DNA of 32,000 bases from Pasteurella multocida (GCF_900187275.1 NZ_LT906458.1:600001-632000); one strand, 5' to 3'. Numbered from the stretch's first letter, positions 18,063-27,273 are shown. The notes: generated by a model from the sequence alone, not told the origin. Translations and numbers: made by a program.

Positions 18063-18087
18063 GAGGCTATAATCAGCCTCTTTTTTT
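18063..18087 (+). terminator. Terminator at the left edge of the prophage gene block
   Basis: GAGGCT/AGCCTC stem followed by TTTTTTT on the + strand. It abuts the mor stop codon and opposes rightward transcription from the flank. Confidence 0.7.
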
Positions 18088-18433
18088 ATGTGAACATGTC
18101 CATTTGATTATGCTTTATTACTTGTTTACGAACTCGATTAATCACTTTACGAATACCTGATTCAGTCATATTGTATTTCTTAACTAAGAAAACCCAGTTA
18201 TTCCCGTTGAAGTCGTTATAAATATCTAAGTCACGTTGTGCGATTTTATAATGAAAATCCTTAGGAAAGGAAATTACCATACCGCCGTAGTGTTCAGCCA
18301 AAAAATCAGCGACGTGTATTGAAATCTGTTCACAAATGTCCTGATCGAGATTGTAATTTTTACATAGCGCGCTCACATTATCTTCAATATCGCGTAAAAG
18401 CTCGTGTCGCGTTACTTCCATTTGTGTGCTCAT
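18086..18433 (-). CDS. Mor transcription activator family protein
   Basis: LCKNYNLDQDICEQISIHVADFLAEHYGGMVISFPKD... and C-terminal HTH YNMTESGIRKVINRVRKQ, typical of Mor/C family. Confidence 0.85.
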   Translation of the reverse strand: MSTQMEVTRHELLRDIEDNVSALCKNYNLDQDICEQISIHVADFLAEHYGGMVISFPKDFHYKIAQRDLDIYNDFNGNNWVFLVKKYNMTESGIRKVINRVRKQVIKHNQMDMFT

Positions 18434-18894
18434 TACATACCTCCTAGTTCACGTTGCTGCCACTTCTTTAATCTTTCTAAAACTTTTGTTGCTTGCTCGT
18501 TATCAAGCCAGCTGACGAATCGGATTGGCTGACCATCTTTATTTTTAGCAATCTTTGCAACATAAGCGTTTAATGCGTCTTCACTACTATTTCTAATTAT
18601 ACCTTGTGAATACATCTCAAGCCATTTAGCACGTATTTTCTTTGTGATATTGCTTAAAGTGTATTGTTGGCTTGTACCTATTCTGTGTTTTGTAGTGTTT
18701 GTTTTGACACTAAAACCGCGAGATTTCATACCATCTAGTACTTTTTCAAGCTCAGAAACGGTCATGTTAGAGCAACTAGATTTTTTTACTGTATTAACGA
18801 GGAAAGCTCGGTATGTTTCTTTATCCATACCAAGCTTTGATTGTGCTATATGTATTAATTTAATTAACTGTTTTCGTCTAATTTGATTTTCCAT
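18433..18894 (-). CDS. Mu GemA/gp16-like regulatory protein (DUF1018)
   Basis: RRKQLIKLIHIAQSKLGMDKETYRAFLVNTVKKSSCSNMTVSELEKVLDGMKSRGF; position directly upstream of mor. Confidence 0.85.
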   Translation of the reverse strand: MENQIRRKQLIKLIHIAQSKLGMDKETYRAFLVNTVKKSSCSNMTVSELEKVLDGMKSRGFSVKTNTTKHRIGTSQQYTLSNITKKIRAKWLEMYSQGIIRNSSEDALNAYVAKIAKNKDGQPIRFVSWLDNEQATKVLERLKKWQQRELGGM

Positions 18895-18964
18895 TTTTAT
18901 CACCATAAAACACATTATTCAGCCCACTTTTTTTGGGGGTAAATGGGCTGTAAATATGCCTTAT

Positions 18965-19288
18965 TTAGTAAGGTAACATGTCATCATCATCTAGTTTTAA
19001 TTTTTCCTCTTCTTCTATTTCTGAAACTAATTCCTGTAATGCTTTTGAGATTGCGTTTCTTATTCTTTCGTCTGTATTCTCTCTTGCTAATAAAAAAGTC
19101 ATAGCCTCATGGTCTAATAAGCTTTGATGCCACTCCAATTCTTCAAAAAGACTACCTTCCCAGTTAATACGTTTTACTTTTCCACCCAAGATCTCCGTAT
19201 CTTTTGAGAACGCTAAGTTATCAGCGGTTACTTCATCAATTTCAATTTCAAGTGTAAGTAACACTTTTGGTTCTTTTTCCGTGCCCAT
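18965..19288 (-). CDS. Hypothetical phage protein
   Basis: ORF within a tightly packed minus-strand early operon. Confidence 0.65.
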   Translation of the reverse strand: MGTEKEPKVLLTLEIEIDEVTADNLAFSKDTEILGGKVKRINWEGSLFEELEWHQSLLDHEAMTFLLARENTDERIRNAISKALQELVSEIEEEEKLKLDDDDMLPY

Positions 19289-19291
19289 AAT

Positions 19292-19852
19292 CTATTCTCC
19301 TTGTAATGCCAAAAATTCACTCTGCTTAATTTCAGTGAGAAAATCTGGAATATTTGGGAAGTTATCACCACCAAATGCTTTTGTTTTAACTGGTATTGAT
19401 ACAAGGAAATGATTGTCTGCGACACCACACACTGTAATATACCCCATGCGATTACCAAGTACCCAACAACGTAGTTTTAATTTACGTAACATAAAATTAT
19501 TGAAACTTGGGTATTTTTTTAATAACTCTCTAATGTCTTGGATTTTTGCATTGAGCGCTTTTCCTACTTTAGTGCGTCCATCGCCAGTAATTTTTACTCT
19601 TTCATTATTTATTTTTTCAATTTTGTAAGAATTGTCATCTTTGATTTTTTCAAATTCTGGATTGTTTATAGTACATGCAATACCAAAGATGCTATTTTCG
19701 TCACCATACCAACATTCATAAAAAGGAATTGTCTGAAAAATAGTTTCTAATTCTTTATCTCTTTTTTCGCGATCATCTCGCCATTGTTTATCAAGTGATT
19801 TAATAGGCTCTTTATCAAGAGAACATTTGAAATAACGGAATTCTGGTCTCAT
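19292..19852 (-). CDS. Hypothetical phage protein
   Basis: 186-aa ORF in the early operon, 3 nt from its neighbour. Confidence 0.7.
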   Translation of the reverse strand: MRPEFRYFKCSLDKEPIKSLDKQWRDDREKRDKELETIFQTIPFYECWYGDENSIFGIACTINNPEFEKIKDDNSYKIEKINNERVKITGDGRTKVGKALNAKIQDIRELLKKYPSFNNFMLRKLKLRCWVLGNRMGYITVCGVADNHFLVSIPVKTKAFGGDNFPNIPDFLTEIKQSEFLALQGE

Positions 19853-19861
19853 ATTTACTCC

Positions 19862-20407
19862 TTAATCTTCAATTAATTCGAGGTCTTCAAATTTAATTAT
19901 ATGACCACATTGTCTTGCAGGTGAGCCTGTAGCTATTTGTTCATTGTTCCAATCAATTTGACTTTTTGTCATAACGTTATAGCGCGCAGCTCTGTATTTG
20001 TTAATTGCAACAATTGTTCCAATTTTTTCTTCATAAAAACTCGGTAAGCGTACTTTAGCCCCAATAGGAAAAGGAGGTTTAATATCATTATGTTGTATCC
20101 ATTGGTTCTCTTTTTCGTAAATTTGCCGATTTACAAACAACTCGAATTTTTCAATCTTACACAAATCTTCGTAAGTGAACTCCCAGCCATAATCTTGAAT
20201 TAATAACGTCATCAATACTTGTGGGTCTTGATAACAGTGAAATTCTGCAATTAGCGACTTATAAATACCATCCCTATATTCTTCTGCAACTAAAGCATCC
20301 TCATGATAAGAATCTGGATAATGCTGTTTAATGAATGCATGCACTGTTTCTTCTGCGAATCCATCATCATTAATGGATGGGCGTGGGGGATTAAATGTTA
20401 CTTTCAT
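19862..20407 (-). CDS. Hypothetical phage protein
   Basis: 181-aa ORF in the early operon, overlapping the next gene by 4 nt. Confidence 0.7.
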   Translation of the reverse strand: MKVTFNPPRPSINDDGFAEETVHAFIKQHYPDSYHEDALVAEEYRDGIYKSLIAEFHCYQDPQVLMTLLIQDYGWEFTYEDLCKIEKFELFVNRQIYEKENQWIQHNDIKPPFPIGAKVRLPSFYEEKIGTIVAINKYRAARYNVMTKSQIDWNNEQIATGSPARQCGHIIKFEDLELIED

Positions 20408-20631
20408 AATTCACCTCTTTCTCTGAGTTGCTTCTCTTCGCTGATTTCTGGTGCAATGTTGCGAAGAAAAGCAATTTTGCGCTTAATATTTTTAGCTTCA
20501 CGCAGTGCACTGTTAAACATAATGGCACTGCTTCTTTCATCGCCATTATTCATAAAGTCAAGCGATGCTTGAAATGCATTGATAATATCTGCAATTTCTG
20601 CCGCACAATCTTGCTTTTCTGTTAATGTCAT
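20404..20631 (-). CDS. Hypothetical phage protein
   Basis: 75-aa ORF with ATGA-type overlap in the early operon. Confidence 0.65.
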   Translation of the reverse strand: MTLTEKQDCAAEIADIINAFQASLDFMNNGDERSSAIMFNSALREAKNIKRKIAFLRNIAPEISEEKQLRERGEL

Positions 20632-20799
20632 TTACATCTCTCCAATTTCAGTTACATTTCGCACTTCCGAAATCTGTTTTGGTAATTCATCGAGCTTTTC
20701 TAAACTAAAATCGTCAGTTAACTTAGATACATCATCGATATTTTCCGCAACCACCAAGACCTCAAGTAAGCATTCAACACGTACAATAAACTTTTTCAT
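20632..20799 (-). CDS. Small hypothetical phage protein
   Basis: Likely start is the internal Met (MKKFIVRVECLLEVLVVAENIDD...) just after the DUF3164-like stop. Confidence 0.55.
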   Translation of the reverse strand: MKKFIVRVECLLEVLVVAENIDDVSKLTDDFSLEKLDELPKQISEVRNVTEIGEM

Positions 20800-20800
20800 T

Positions 20801-21421
20801 TCACACCCCAGCAATATCAAGTGAAATTGGTTTCCATGTATCAGTATCACCCACGCGCTCATAAATGCGCACATACGCTTTAGAGCTGACAACCTGCACG
20901 CTTTCACTAATAGCCTGCATCGCGTTTAACCAACGCTTGTCTTTAATGTCGACACGACGCAAACCAAGAATACGTGAAGTATTGAGATTCCCTTCTTTAT
21001 CCACATTAAACGCCCGTTCAATTAAAGCTCTAAGTTCTGGGCGAGAACCTTCGGACCATTCATTTAAACACTCATCAATGAGGACTTTTGCCGCTTGAAT
21101 ACGCTCATCGAACTGCAAGTTGTCGTTAATAGCGCGCTGAATTTTGTACTTACCATCGTAGCTAAATAGCGTAATATTGCCCTTATTACCGCCAATTTTG
21201 GCATCATATTTCTCAGCTGATAGGTCAATAAATGCTTGAATATCACCAAAAATATGCTCTTTAAATGCTTTCATCTCACCGTGCAGTGCAATGGCTTTTT
21301 CCACCCATTCATTGACTAGTGAATCACGTTCTCTATCAATTTCTTTAATGAGTTCTTCCGGCGTGAGATTACCTTTTGCATCAGCCCAGTAGGTTTTACC
21401 ATTAATGATTTGCTTAGCCAT
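20801..21421 (-). CDS. DUF3164-like phage protein
   Basis: MAKQIINGKTYWADAKGNLTPEELIKEIDRERDSLVNEWVEKAIALHGEMKAFKEHIFGDIQAFIDLSAEKY, characteristic of the family in Mu-like phages. Internal Met chosen as start. Confidence 0.8.
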   Translation of the reverse strand: MAKQIINGKTYWADAKGNLTPEELIKEIDRERDSLVNEWVEKAIALHGEMKAFKEHIFGDIQAFIDLSAEKYDAKIGGNKGNITLFSYDGKYKIQRAINDNLQFDERIQAAKVLIDECLNEWSEGSRPELRALIERAFNVDKEGNLNTSRILGLRRVDIKDKRWLNAMQAISESVQVVSSKAYVRIYERVGDTDTWKPISLDIAGV

Positions 21422-21440
21422 ATTTGTCTCCTTGTTATTT

Positions 21441-21695
21441 TTAATGAATCGTATCTGAATCTTTTGCAAGCTTTTCAAGCTTCGCATGAAAGATGCTTGG
21501 GTCTTTTTTAAAGTAAAAACGGATTTCCATTGTTTCCTGTCTTAATTCGATATATGTAATTTCACTTGCAATCATTACCGCCATATTTTCTGGTGTCAGT
21601 TCAATTTTTCTCAGCATAAAAACCAATAAGTCCAGGAATCGGTCATCTGTTTTTTCAATTCTGATGAAATTATTTTTCTGCGTTTTTTCCGGCAT
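21441..21695 (-). CDS. Hypothetical phage protein
   Basis: 84-aa ORF in the operon, overlapping the upstream gene by 26 nt. Confidence 0.6.
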   Translation of the reverse strand: MPEKTQKNNFIRIEKTDDRFLDLLVFMLRKIELTPENMAVMIASEITYIELRQETMEIRFYFKKDPSIFHAKLEKLAKDSDTIH

Positions 21696-21891
21696 TTTGA
21701 TGTTCCTTTAAAATTGCTTTAAACGTGTCATTGTTGTTACTGTTTTTAATGACTTCAAAATAATCAATGCCATTGATTAAAGCATTTGCAATTGTTGCGG
21801 GATCTTTTGCTTGTAGAACAAACATCAGACAGTAGCGATAAAACAGATCTTTGTTGTTTCTATTAATTTGTTTTATTGTTTCTTTACCCAT
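21670..21891 (-). CDS. Hypothetical phage protein
   Basis: 73-aa ORF in the operon. Confidence 0.6.
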   Translation of the reverse strand: MGKETIKQINRNNKDLFYRYCLMFVLQAKDPATIANALINGIDYFEVIKNSNNNDTFKAILKEHQNAGKNAEK

Positions 21892-21900
21892 AAGCCCTCA

Positions 21901-22224
21901 TTAATGAATTGTTTCTGAACGTGGAAATGAAAAAATAATACGACAACTCGCTAACATGCGTTGTGCTGTTGAAATAAGTTGTTCTGTTGCATCGTGCATA
22001 TGTGAATAAACAAACGCCTTGTCAGTGTCTAACCACTTTTGCGTAAGCGCGTTGTGCTGTACTTCAAGCGTGGGTACACTTCCATCAAGTCTGACATGTA
22101 GAACCGTTAACCCTAATCTTGCGCATGCCATAGTCGCTTTATGTGCGGCAGTTAATTGAGATAACACATGCATATTTGCAATATTGAGTTGCACTTTTTT
22201 CTTTTGTGATTGTTGTTTAGTCAT
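21901..22224 (-). CDS. Hypothetical phage protein
   Basis: 107-aa ORF directly downstream of the MuB-like gene. Confidence 0.65.
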   Translation of the reverse strand: MTKQQSQKKKVQLNIANMHVLSQLTAAHKATMACARLGLTVLHVRLDGSVPTLEVQHNALTQKWLDTDKAFVYSHMHDATEQLISTAQRMLASCRIIFSFPRSETIH

Positions 22225-22226
22225 GA

Positions 22227-23405
22227 TTACACCCCTTTCACAATATCAGCTGTGACAAGTGGCGAGCCCAGTTCAGCCGCTAAATTCATTGCCGATGTTA
22301 GTAAATTACCCACCGCTAATGGATATAACAGGCTGGTTTGTGTCTTATTTCTGCTGTTGGTCATAATTAAACGTTGACGAACGGCATCGAGTGCGTCTTT
22401 ATCAAAGAAATCTGATGCTTTCTTACCGATAGCTTGTGCTCGAAAATCAACATATTGCTCCAAGCAACTATCTAATGGCTCAAGTGTGACAATTTCACAA
22501 CGTTGAACGACTTCGCGGACTTCAAGGTTACGCTCTGAAAGCTTTAATTTAAGCTCCGGTTGACCGACAAGTACGATAGACAGTAGCTTTTTAAAGCCAT
22601 CTTCAAGTTCAAAGAAACGTTTTAGATGTTTCAGTGTTGGCACAGGTAAACTGTGTGCTTCTTCAATAATTAGCACATGTTGATTGCCTGCGCGCGCACT
22701 GTCTTTTAAGACGCGGTGAAGTTGGCGAAAACGTGCTTCAGGTGAGCGTTTAACATTTTCAAGTGGTGCTAGAGTATTGATAATGCTTTCAGCAATGTGT
22801 GCCGCTTTAAGTGTCTTGCCTTTTAAATCGTTGTCTTCCATGGCGATAATGTAAGGTTCAATCACCACAACTGGCAGGTTTTCACTGTTAATGCGGTCGA
22901 TTAAATCACGGCGTAGTGTTGACTTACCTGCACCAGATTCACCGACCACAGCGACAAAGCCGCCAAATTTAGCCGTTTGGAAGAGTGCTTCACGGACGTA
23001 ACGCACGTCTGGTGAACTAAACACTTCAGCAGATGAGCGCACTTCGTCGGTAAATGGATTAGAAAAAAGTGAAAAATGTTTCTTTGTCGCTGGAAATAGA
23101 GACTGTTTTGCGAGTAACATAGTATCGTCCTCTGTTGTTGGCTGGTTGCCGTTATTAATAGTGGACACTTCTGCCACTGTTGGCGCAGTGGCAGAAACCT
23201 CCGTTAAAAGTTCTTCAAGTGCGATTGAAATACCGAGTTTTTGTAATTCAACCGTCAGTTTTTGCTTAAAAAGCTCGGTATCTGTTTTAATTAACTGACC
23301 ATGATTGACTAAATTCGTAATCACGGCGGGTGATACATTGAGCTTTCTTGCAAGTTTGCGTTGTGCTACGCCTTTTTGCTCTAAAATTGCTTTGAGTTTT
23401 AACAT
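22227..23405 (-). CDS. MuB-like AAA ATPase, transposition target activator
   Basis: N-terminal HTH (QRKLARKLNVSPAVITNLVN); Walker A GESGAGKST; Walker B HVLIIEEAH; adjacent to MuA-like transposase. Confidence 0.92.
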   Translation of the reverse strand: MLKLKAILEQKGVAQRKLARKLNVSPAVITNLVNHGQLIKTDTELFKQKLTVELQKLGISIALEELLTEVSATAPTVAEVSTINNGNQPTTEDDTMLLAKQSLFPATKKHFSLFSNPFTDEVRSSAEVFSSPDVRYVREALFQTAKFGGFVAVVGESGAGKSTLRRDLIDRINSENLPVVVIEPYIIAMEDNDLKGKTLKAAHIAESIINTLAPLENVKRSPEARFRQLHRVLKDSARAGNQHVLIIEEAHSLPVPTLKHLKRFFELEDGFKKLLSIVLVGQPELKLKLSERNLEVREVVQRCEIVTLEPLDSCLEQYVDFRAQAIGKKASDFFDKDALDAVRQRLIMTNSRNKTQTSLLYPLAVGNLLTSAMNLAAELGSPLVTADIVKGV

Positions 23406-23416
23406 AGTGACTATCC

Positions 23417-25186
23417 TTAACCATTCACTATACGTAATGGTTTTGCCGTGGTTGGTAAGTGTGGTTGAGCAAGTAATTCTTCTAACTCAGGCTCAGTCAT
23501 GCCATTTGGGTGGCGTTGATTAAGCCATTGCAATGTGTCTGCGCTATATTCACTTCCAAATTTCGCTTTTAAGCGTTTTGCAACCTCAATTGTGCTGAGT
23601 GGAATAAGCTCAACACGTTTTGCATTTTCAGTAAGCTCATGTTGCTGACCTTGTTTTGGCATAAAATCAACATAGTTATGTTCTTCAATGCTTTTGTATG
23701 GGTTAATACGACCACCAAAGAGCGGTGTTTTGGCTTTTTGAGCTGCTTTAACTTCATCATCTGTTTTAGCACCATAAGCAATACGTTCGGCTTCTTCCTT
23801 GTTATATTCAAACTCGCTTTTATGATGCGGTTTATACTCTTCGCCAATGACTGCCGCTTGTTCTTTAAAACCATGTTCATTAAAGATAACAGGCTCAACA
23901 ACTGTCCAGTAATGATGTCCTTCTTCATCCACGCGTTGTACTTGAATACACTCTGGTCTATATGGATTTTTACCAATCGTGAGTGTGTTACCAACCATCG
24001 CTTCTTTAATGTTACGTACATCAAATACCGCCCCACCAAAATTAACCGTTAATTCTGCAGTGACTTTGCGCGTTACTAATTTTGTGATCATTAATTCGCG
24101 ACAGATTTCAATGCTTGGTGCCAGTACAAGTTGCTCTTTAGTAATAGAAAGCCAGCTCATGTAACGTGTTTTTCTCGTGCGTGAATGAACTGCAGTACTG
24201 TTAAAATAGGTCATCCATTTGCCAGCCAGTTGATTTAAGTTGTCCAACCCAGTAACTCGCATAAAACGCAACCCACTCTCAAATTGGCGTTCTACAATAT
24301 CGTTGCTCTTCTCAACTTGTCCTTTCGCGCGCGGCTTACCTGGTGCATTAACTTGAAGATGAATGCCAAGTTGGTCGCATAAGTGACGAAACATGGCTGA
24401 TGTATTCGCAGAGCCGGGGTCTAACATCACCATTTTTGGTACGCCACAAAATGGATTGTTGTTACCACGTTTTTGCATCGCGTTGATGAAGCAATTACAA
24501 AGGTTTTCTGCACTTTCACCGCCATACACATATTCGACATAAATCACACCAGAGGTATGGTCGGTGATGACATAGCGCCAAACACGTTGATTTTCGACTT
24601 TCTTCACGTTAGCGGGTTTGTTCTTATAGAACTCTTTTTCTTCCATAATGTTTAAGCCATTTCCGCCGTCTGTTTGCTCTTTGAGGTAATACAACACACA
24701 CAAAGAGGGGTCGATTTGCCAACAGTGGTTTGGATGTAAGCTTTTCATACTGTTAACTGGCGCAGGGCGAGATAGCTGTTCAGGATGTAGGTTATAAGTA
24801 CGTAATGCCCGACTGACCGCACTTTCTGAAAGTAAGCGTATTTCACCTGTGCTTTCGTCAATGTATTCTGCTTTGATTTCATTGTTTGCACGTAATACAT
24901 CAAGCACGCTGGCAAGACTGGACATGACTTTGTTATTCACACCACGACGGCAGGCTAACCAGTAAGCCGAAATAATTTTTGCCTCGTCCAAACTCAAGTT
25001 CACATTGCCTTTATCTGCACGTTGTTTGCGTTTTGGCTGACTAAATTGTTTTAATTCACGCATTAATGTTGCATAACTGATATTCAACTGTTCACAAGCT
25101 TGCGCATAGATTTCACCTTTTTTGCCATGTCCTGCTGCTTGTGCAAGCTGTGAAATCTCTAGCAGTTTTTCAGGTAAAATCGCCAT
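23417..25186 (-). CDS. MuA-like DDE (rve) transposase
   Basis: Integrase core residues in WQIDPSLCVLYY, MLDPGSANTS, KGQVEKSNDIVERQFE; C-terminal Mu transposase-like region. Confidence 0.93.
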   Translation of the reverse strand: MAILPEKLLEISQLAQAAGHGKKGEIYAQACEQLNISYATLMRELKQFSQPKRKQRADKGNVNLSLDEAKIISAYWLACRRGVNNKVMSSLASVLDVLRANNEIKAEYIDESTGEIRLLSESAVSRALRTYNLHPEQLSRPAPVNSMKSLHPNHCWQIDPSLCVLYYLKEQTDGGNGLNIMEEKEFYKNKPANVKKVENQRVWRYVITDHTSGVIYVEYVYGGESAENLCNCFINAMQKRGNNNPFCGVPKMVMLDPGSANTSAMFRHLCDQLGIHLQVNAPGKPRAKGQVEKSNDIVERQFESGLRFMRVTGLDNLNQLAGKWMTYFNSTAVHSRTRKTRYMSWLSITKEQLVLAPSIEICRELMITKLVTRKVTAELTVNFGGAVFDVRNIKEAMVGNTLTIGKNPYRPECIQVQRVDEEGHHYWTVVEPVIFNEHGFKEQAAVIGEEYKPHHKSEFEYNKEEAERIAYGAKTDDEVKAAQKAKTPLFGGRINPYKSIEEHNYVDFMPKQGQQHELTENAKRVELIPLSTIEVAKRLKAKFGSEYSADTLQWLNQRHPNGMTEPELEELLAQPHLPTTAKPLRIVNG

Positions 25187-25197
25187 GGTGATTGTCC

Positions 25198-26142
25198 TTA
25201 TTCTTGTTCTTCGCCGTTAATGATGGCGTTAAATGCATCACTATAATCGGGCGTTTCATTACCACGCGCCCAGGCAGGTGTGTTATCACCATCCGCAAAT
25301 TGAGGGAGGTTAAACGTAGTACGTAATTCATTAATAACAAGCTCAATCTCGGCTAATACACCCGTCATAAACTGCTTGTGATCAATGCCACTTTCTTGTG
25401 TATGTGCATCTAATGTTTCAAATGCTTTCCACACTTGCCCGCGTAGAATGGCTTCGGATCCATAAACAAGCTGGGATGTTTCTTTACGCAACACACCACC
25501 TTTTTCATCTGGCGTTAATGTGTTGATGTATTGCTTTTTCTTCTCAAGTTCTGCATCAAGCTGATCGATACGTTTATTCTTGTTATCAAGAACACGTTCC
25601 TGTGCGGTATAATTGTCTTTTGCTGTTTTTAATTGCGCTTCTAAGCTCTCTTTTTCTTTTGCGTGTTTAACCGTCAACTCTTCGATTTTCTCAATCAAAT
25701 CTTCTTTGTCGGTTGCCTCTGAGTAGTCGGCATCTACGATTTCTGAACGAGCATCTTCTGGGAGTTTACGTAATTTGCGTAAATCACGATAACCAAGACC
25801 AAGGCGTTGAGAGGTTTCTAAAAAATCTTCACCTAGAGAATTTAGATTTTGCAAATCCTCATCAACTTTTTGACGGGTTAGTCCGCACATTAAGCAAAAC
25901 TCTTCCCAAGTGCCGACACGTCGGCAGTTTCCATTATCATCATAGAAATCTAACTCTTTGAATTGCTTGGTTTCTTTGACTTGAGATAGTAATTTCAAAG
26001 TGCTGACGGTCAGCAGTTTTTGTGCAAAATCAAAGGCTTTTACCATTCCTAAAACTTCATGAGCTTGTGTTTTAGCTCGAGTCATGGCTTTAGCAGCTAA
26101 AGCAACGGCATTTTGTGATTGTTCAATGGTTAAATTTGTCAT
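25198..26142 (-). CDS. Hypothetical phage early protein with coiled coil
   Basis: 314-aa ORF; N-terminal globular region and a long EKESLEAQLKTAKDNYTAQERVLDNKNKRIDQLDAELEKKK coiled coil. In the operon upstream of transposase. Confidence 0.75.
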   Translation of the reverse strand: MTNLTIEQSQNAVALAAKAMTRAKTQAHEVLGMVKAFDFAQKLLTVSTLKLLSQVKETKQFKELDFYDDNGNCRRVGTWEEFCLMCGLTRQKVDEDLQNLNSLGEDFLETSQRLGLGYRDLRKLRKLPEDARSEIVDADYSEATDKEDLIEKIEELTVKHAKEKESLEAQLKTAKDNYTAQERVLDNKNKRIDQLDAELEKKKQYINTLTPDEKGGVLRKETSQLVYGSEAILRGQVWKAFETLDAHTQESGIDHKQFMTGVLAEIELVINELRTTFNLPQFADGDNTPAWARGNETPDYSDAFNAIINGEEQE

Positions 26143-26152
26143 ATTACTTTCC

Positions 26153-26467
26153 TTAACTTAAGGCGCCAGCGGCAATGCGTTGGTTTAGTTGTTCGACTTT
26201 TTCAATAGCAAGATTGCATTCGTTTGCATGAGCTGTTGCAATTTGCAGTACTTGAATACTTAATGCAAAGCGATCTTCGGCTAGTCTTATGACAAAGCCT
26301 TCGTCAAGTAATACGGCTAATGCGCGTGAAATATTGACCTGACTTTCATTTAATCTCTCTGCAAGTTGACTGTTACTAAGCCCTGTTAATGAGAATCCTT
26401 TTAATGCACGAATGATGTTTAATGCTCTACGGGCTGGCTTGCTATTTGTCCCTTTTAATTCAGTCAT
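26153..26467 (-). CDS. Winged-HTH (IclR-type N-terminal domain) protein
   Basis: ALNIIRALKGFSLTGLSNSQLAERLNESQVNISRALAVLLDEGFVIRLAEDRFALS. Confidence 0.75.
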   Translation of the reverse strand: MTELKGTNSKPARRALNIIRALKGFSLTGLSNSQLAERLNESQVNISRALAVLLDEGFVIRLAEDRFALSIQVLQIATAHANECNLAIEKVEQLNQRIAAGALS

Positions 26468-26479
26468 AGATACACCTCA

Positions 26480-26665
26480 TTAATTAACTTTGCCTTGTAA
26501 GCTTTTAACTTGATTAAGCGGAATATTGTGTTTATCGACGATTTGTTGTGTGTTTTGTTTACGGAACTTATTCAAAATTGCTTGGTTTTTAATGTCTTTG
26601 CGTTCGCGTCGTCTGTATTCGCGTGCTAAATACCAGATACAAAATTTAATCAGTAATCTTTTCAT
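26480..26665 (-). CDS. Small basic hypothetical phage protein
   Basis: 61-aa ORF, operon context, Shine-Dalgarno-like GGAG upstream. Confidence 0.6.
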   Translation of the reverse strand: MKRLLIKFCIWYLAREYRRRERKDIKNQAILNKFRKQNTQQIVDKHNIPLNQVKSLQGKVN

Positions 26666-26710
26666 TTTGAGCTCCTATTTCGCTACAAGCGGTCAGTTCC
26701 GCTTAAACTG

Positions 26711-26732
26711 TTATCAATTCAAATTGGTAACG
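26711..26732. promoter_or_regulatory. Candidate operator (inverted repeat) at the head of the early operon
   Basis: GTTATCAATT (26711-26720) / AATTGGTAAC (26723-26732), 10-bp inverted repeat, 1 mismatch, 2-bp spacer, between 26665 and 26745 genes. Confidence 0.5.
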
Positions 26733-26744
26733 AAGAATGTGTGA

Positions 26745-26981
26745 TTAAGCCGCTACTTGTGGGGATTCAGGATCAGGTTTTAACCCTAGTAGCACTGCTG
26801 TTTTATGGCTTTCTCCCCAAGTACCCTTCAACTGCCCACGAAGCAAGTCGGAAATGGCTTGCTGACTTACCCCAAAGTGTCTCGCCCATTCACTACGGTT
26901 AATTCCATGAAGTAAAAAATAAGCTCTTACACTTTCAGGCGTTTGGGGATAAGGCAAAGGCTTAAATGATGTTTTTGGCAT
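26745..26981 (-). CDS. Cro/Ner-like HTH DNA-binding protein
   Basis: SVRAYFLLHGINRSEWARHFGVSQQAISDLLRGQLKGTWGESHKTAVLLGLK; first gene of the leftward operon, opposite the repressor side. Confidence 0.75.
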   Translation of the reverse strand: MPKTSFKPLPYPQTPESVRAYFLLHGINRSEWARHFGVSQQAISDLLRGQLKGTWGESHKTAVLLGLKPDPESPQVAA

Positions 26982-27045
26982 TTCGCCTCCTATGTAAATT
27001 GTGGTAAATTATGGCAGTTAGTTTATTCAACCCGAGGAGCTGAAA

Positions 27046-27273
27046 ATGGAAAACCAACTTGCCGAACTAAAAAAAGAAATAGAAGAATTAAAAATTCAAA
27101 ATCAGCACCAAAACTTACTGCTAACGCTTTTACCTATGGTGCTTGGCGAAGATCAGCGTGCTAAATTTGCTGTGCTGATAAAGGACTTTATTCAGAAGTC
27201 CCAAAAACAATTGCCTGAACAGCTCGTAAGGTTTCTGGGGTCATACCTTCAAGTTTTGGAGAAGGCTGAGTAA
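27046..27273 (+). CDS. Small coiled-coil hypothetical protein
   Basis: MENQLAELKKEIEELKIQNQHQNLLLTLLPMVLGEDQRAKF...; AGGAG upstream. Confidence 0.6.
   Translation: MENQLAELKKEIEELKIQNQHQNLLLTLLPMVLGEDQRAKFAVLIKDFIQKSQKQLPEQLVRFLGSYLQVLEKAE

Noticed and set aside
20303-21249. Small plus- and minus-strand ORFs opposite or nested in the early operon (20303, 20428, 20579, 20865, 21064)
   Set aside because: Antisense/nested shadows of tightly packed operon genes with consistent spacing.
23569-24039. 156-aa minus-strand ORF and 137-aa plus-strand ORF (23639-24052)
   Set aside because: Both overlap the MuA-like coding sequence in other frames; the transposase frame has the conserved features.
26526-26744. 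Plus-strand 72-aa ORF
   Set aside because: Runs antisense through the 26480-26665 gene and the operator-like gap, with no Shine-Dalgarno.
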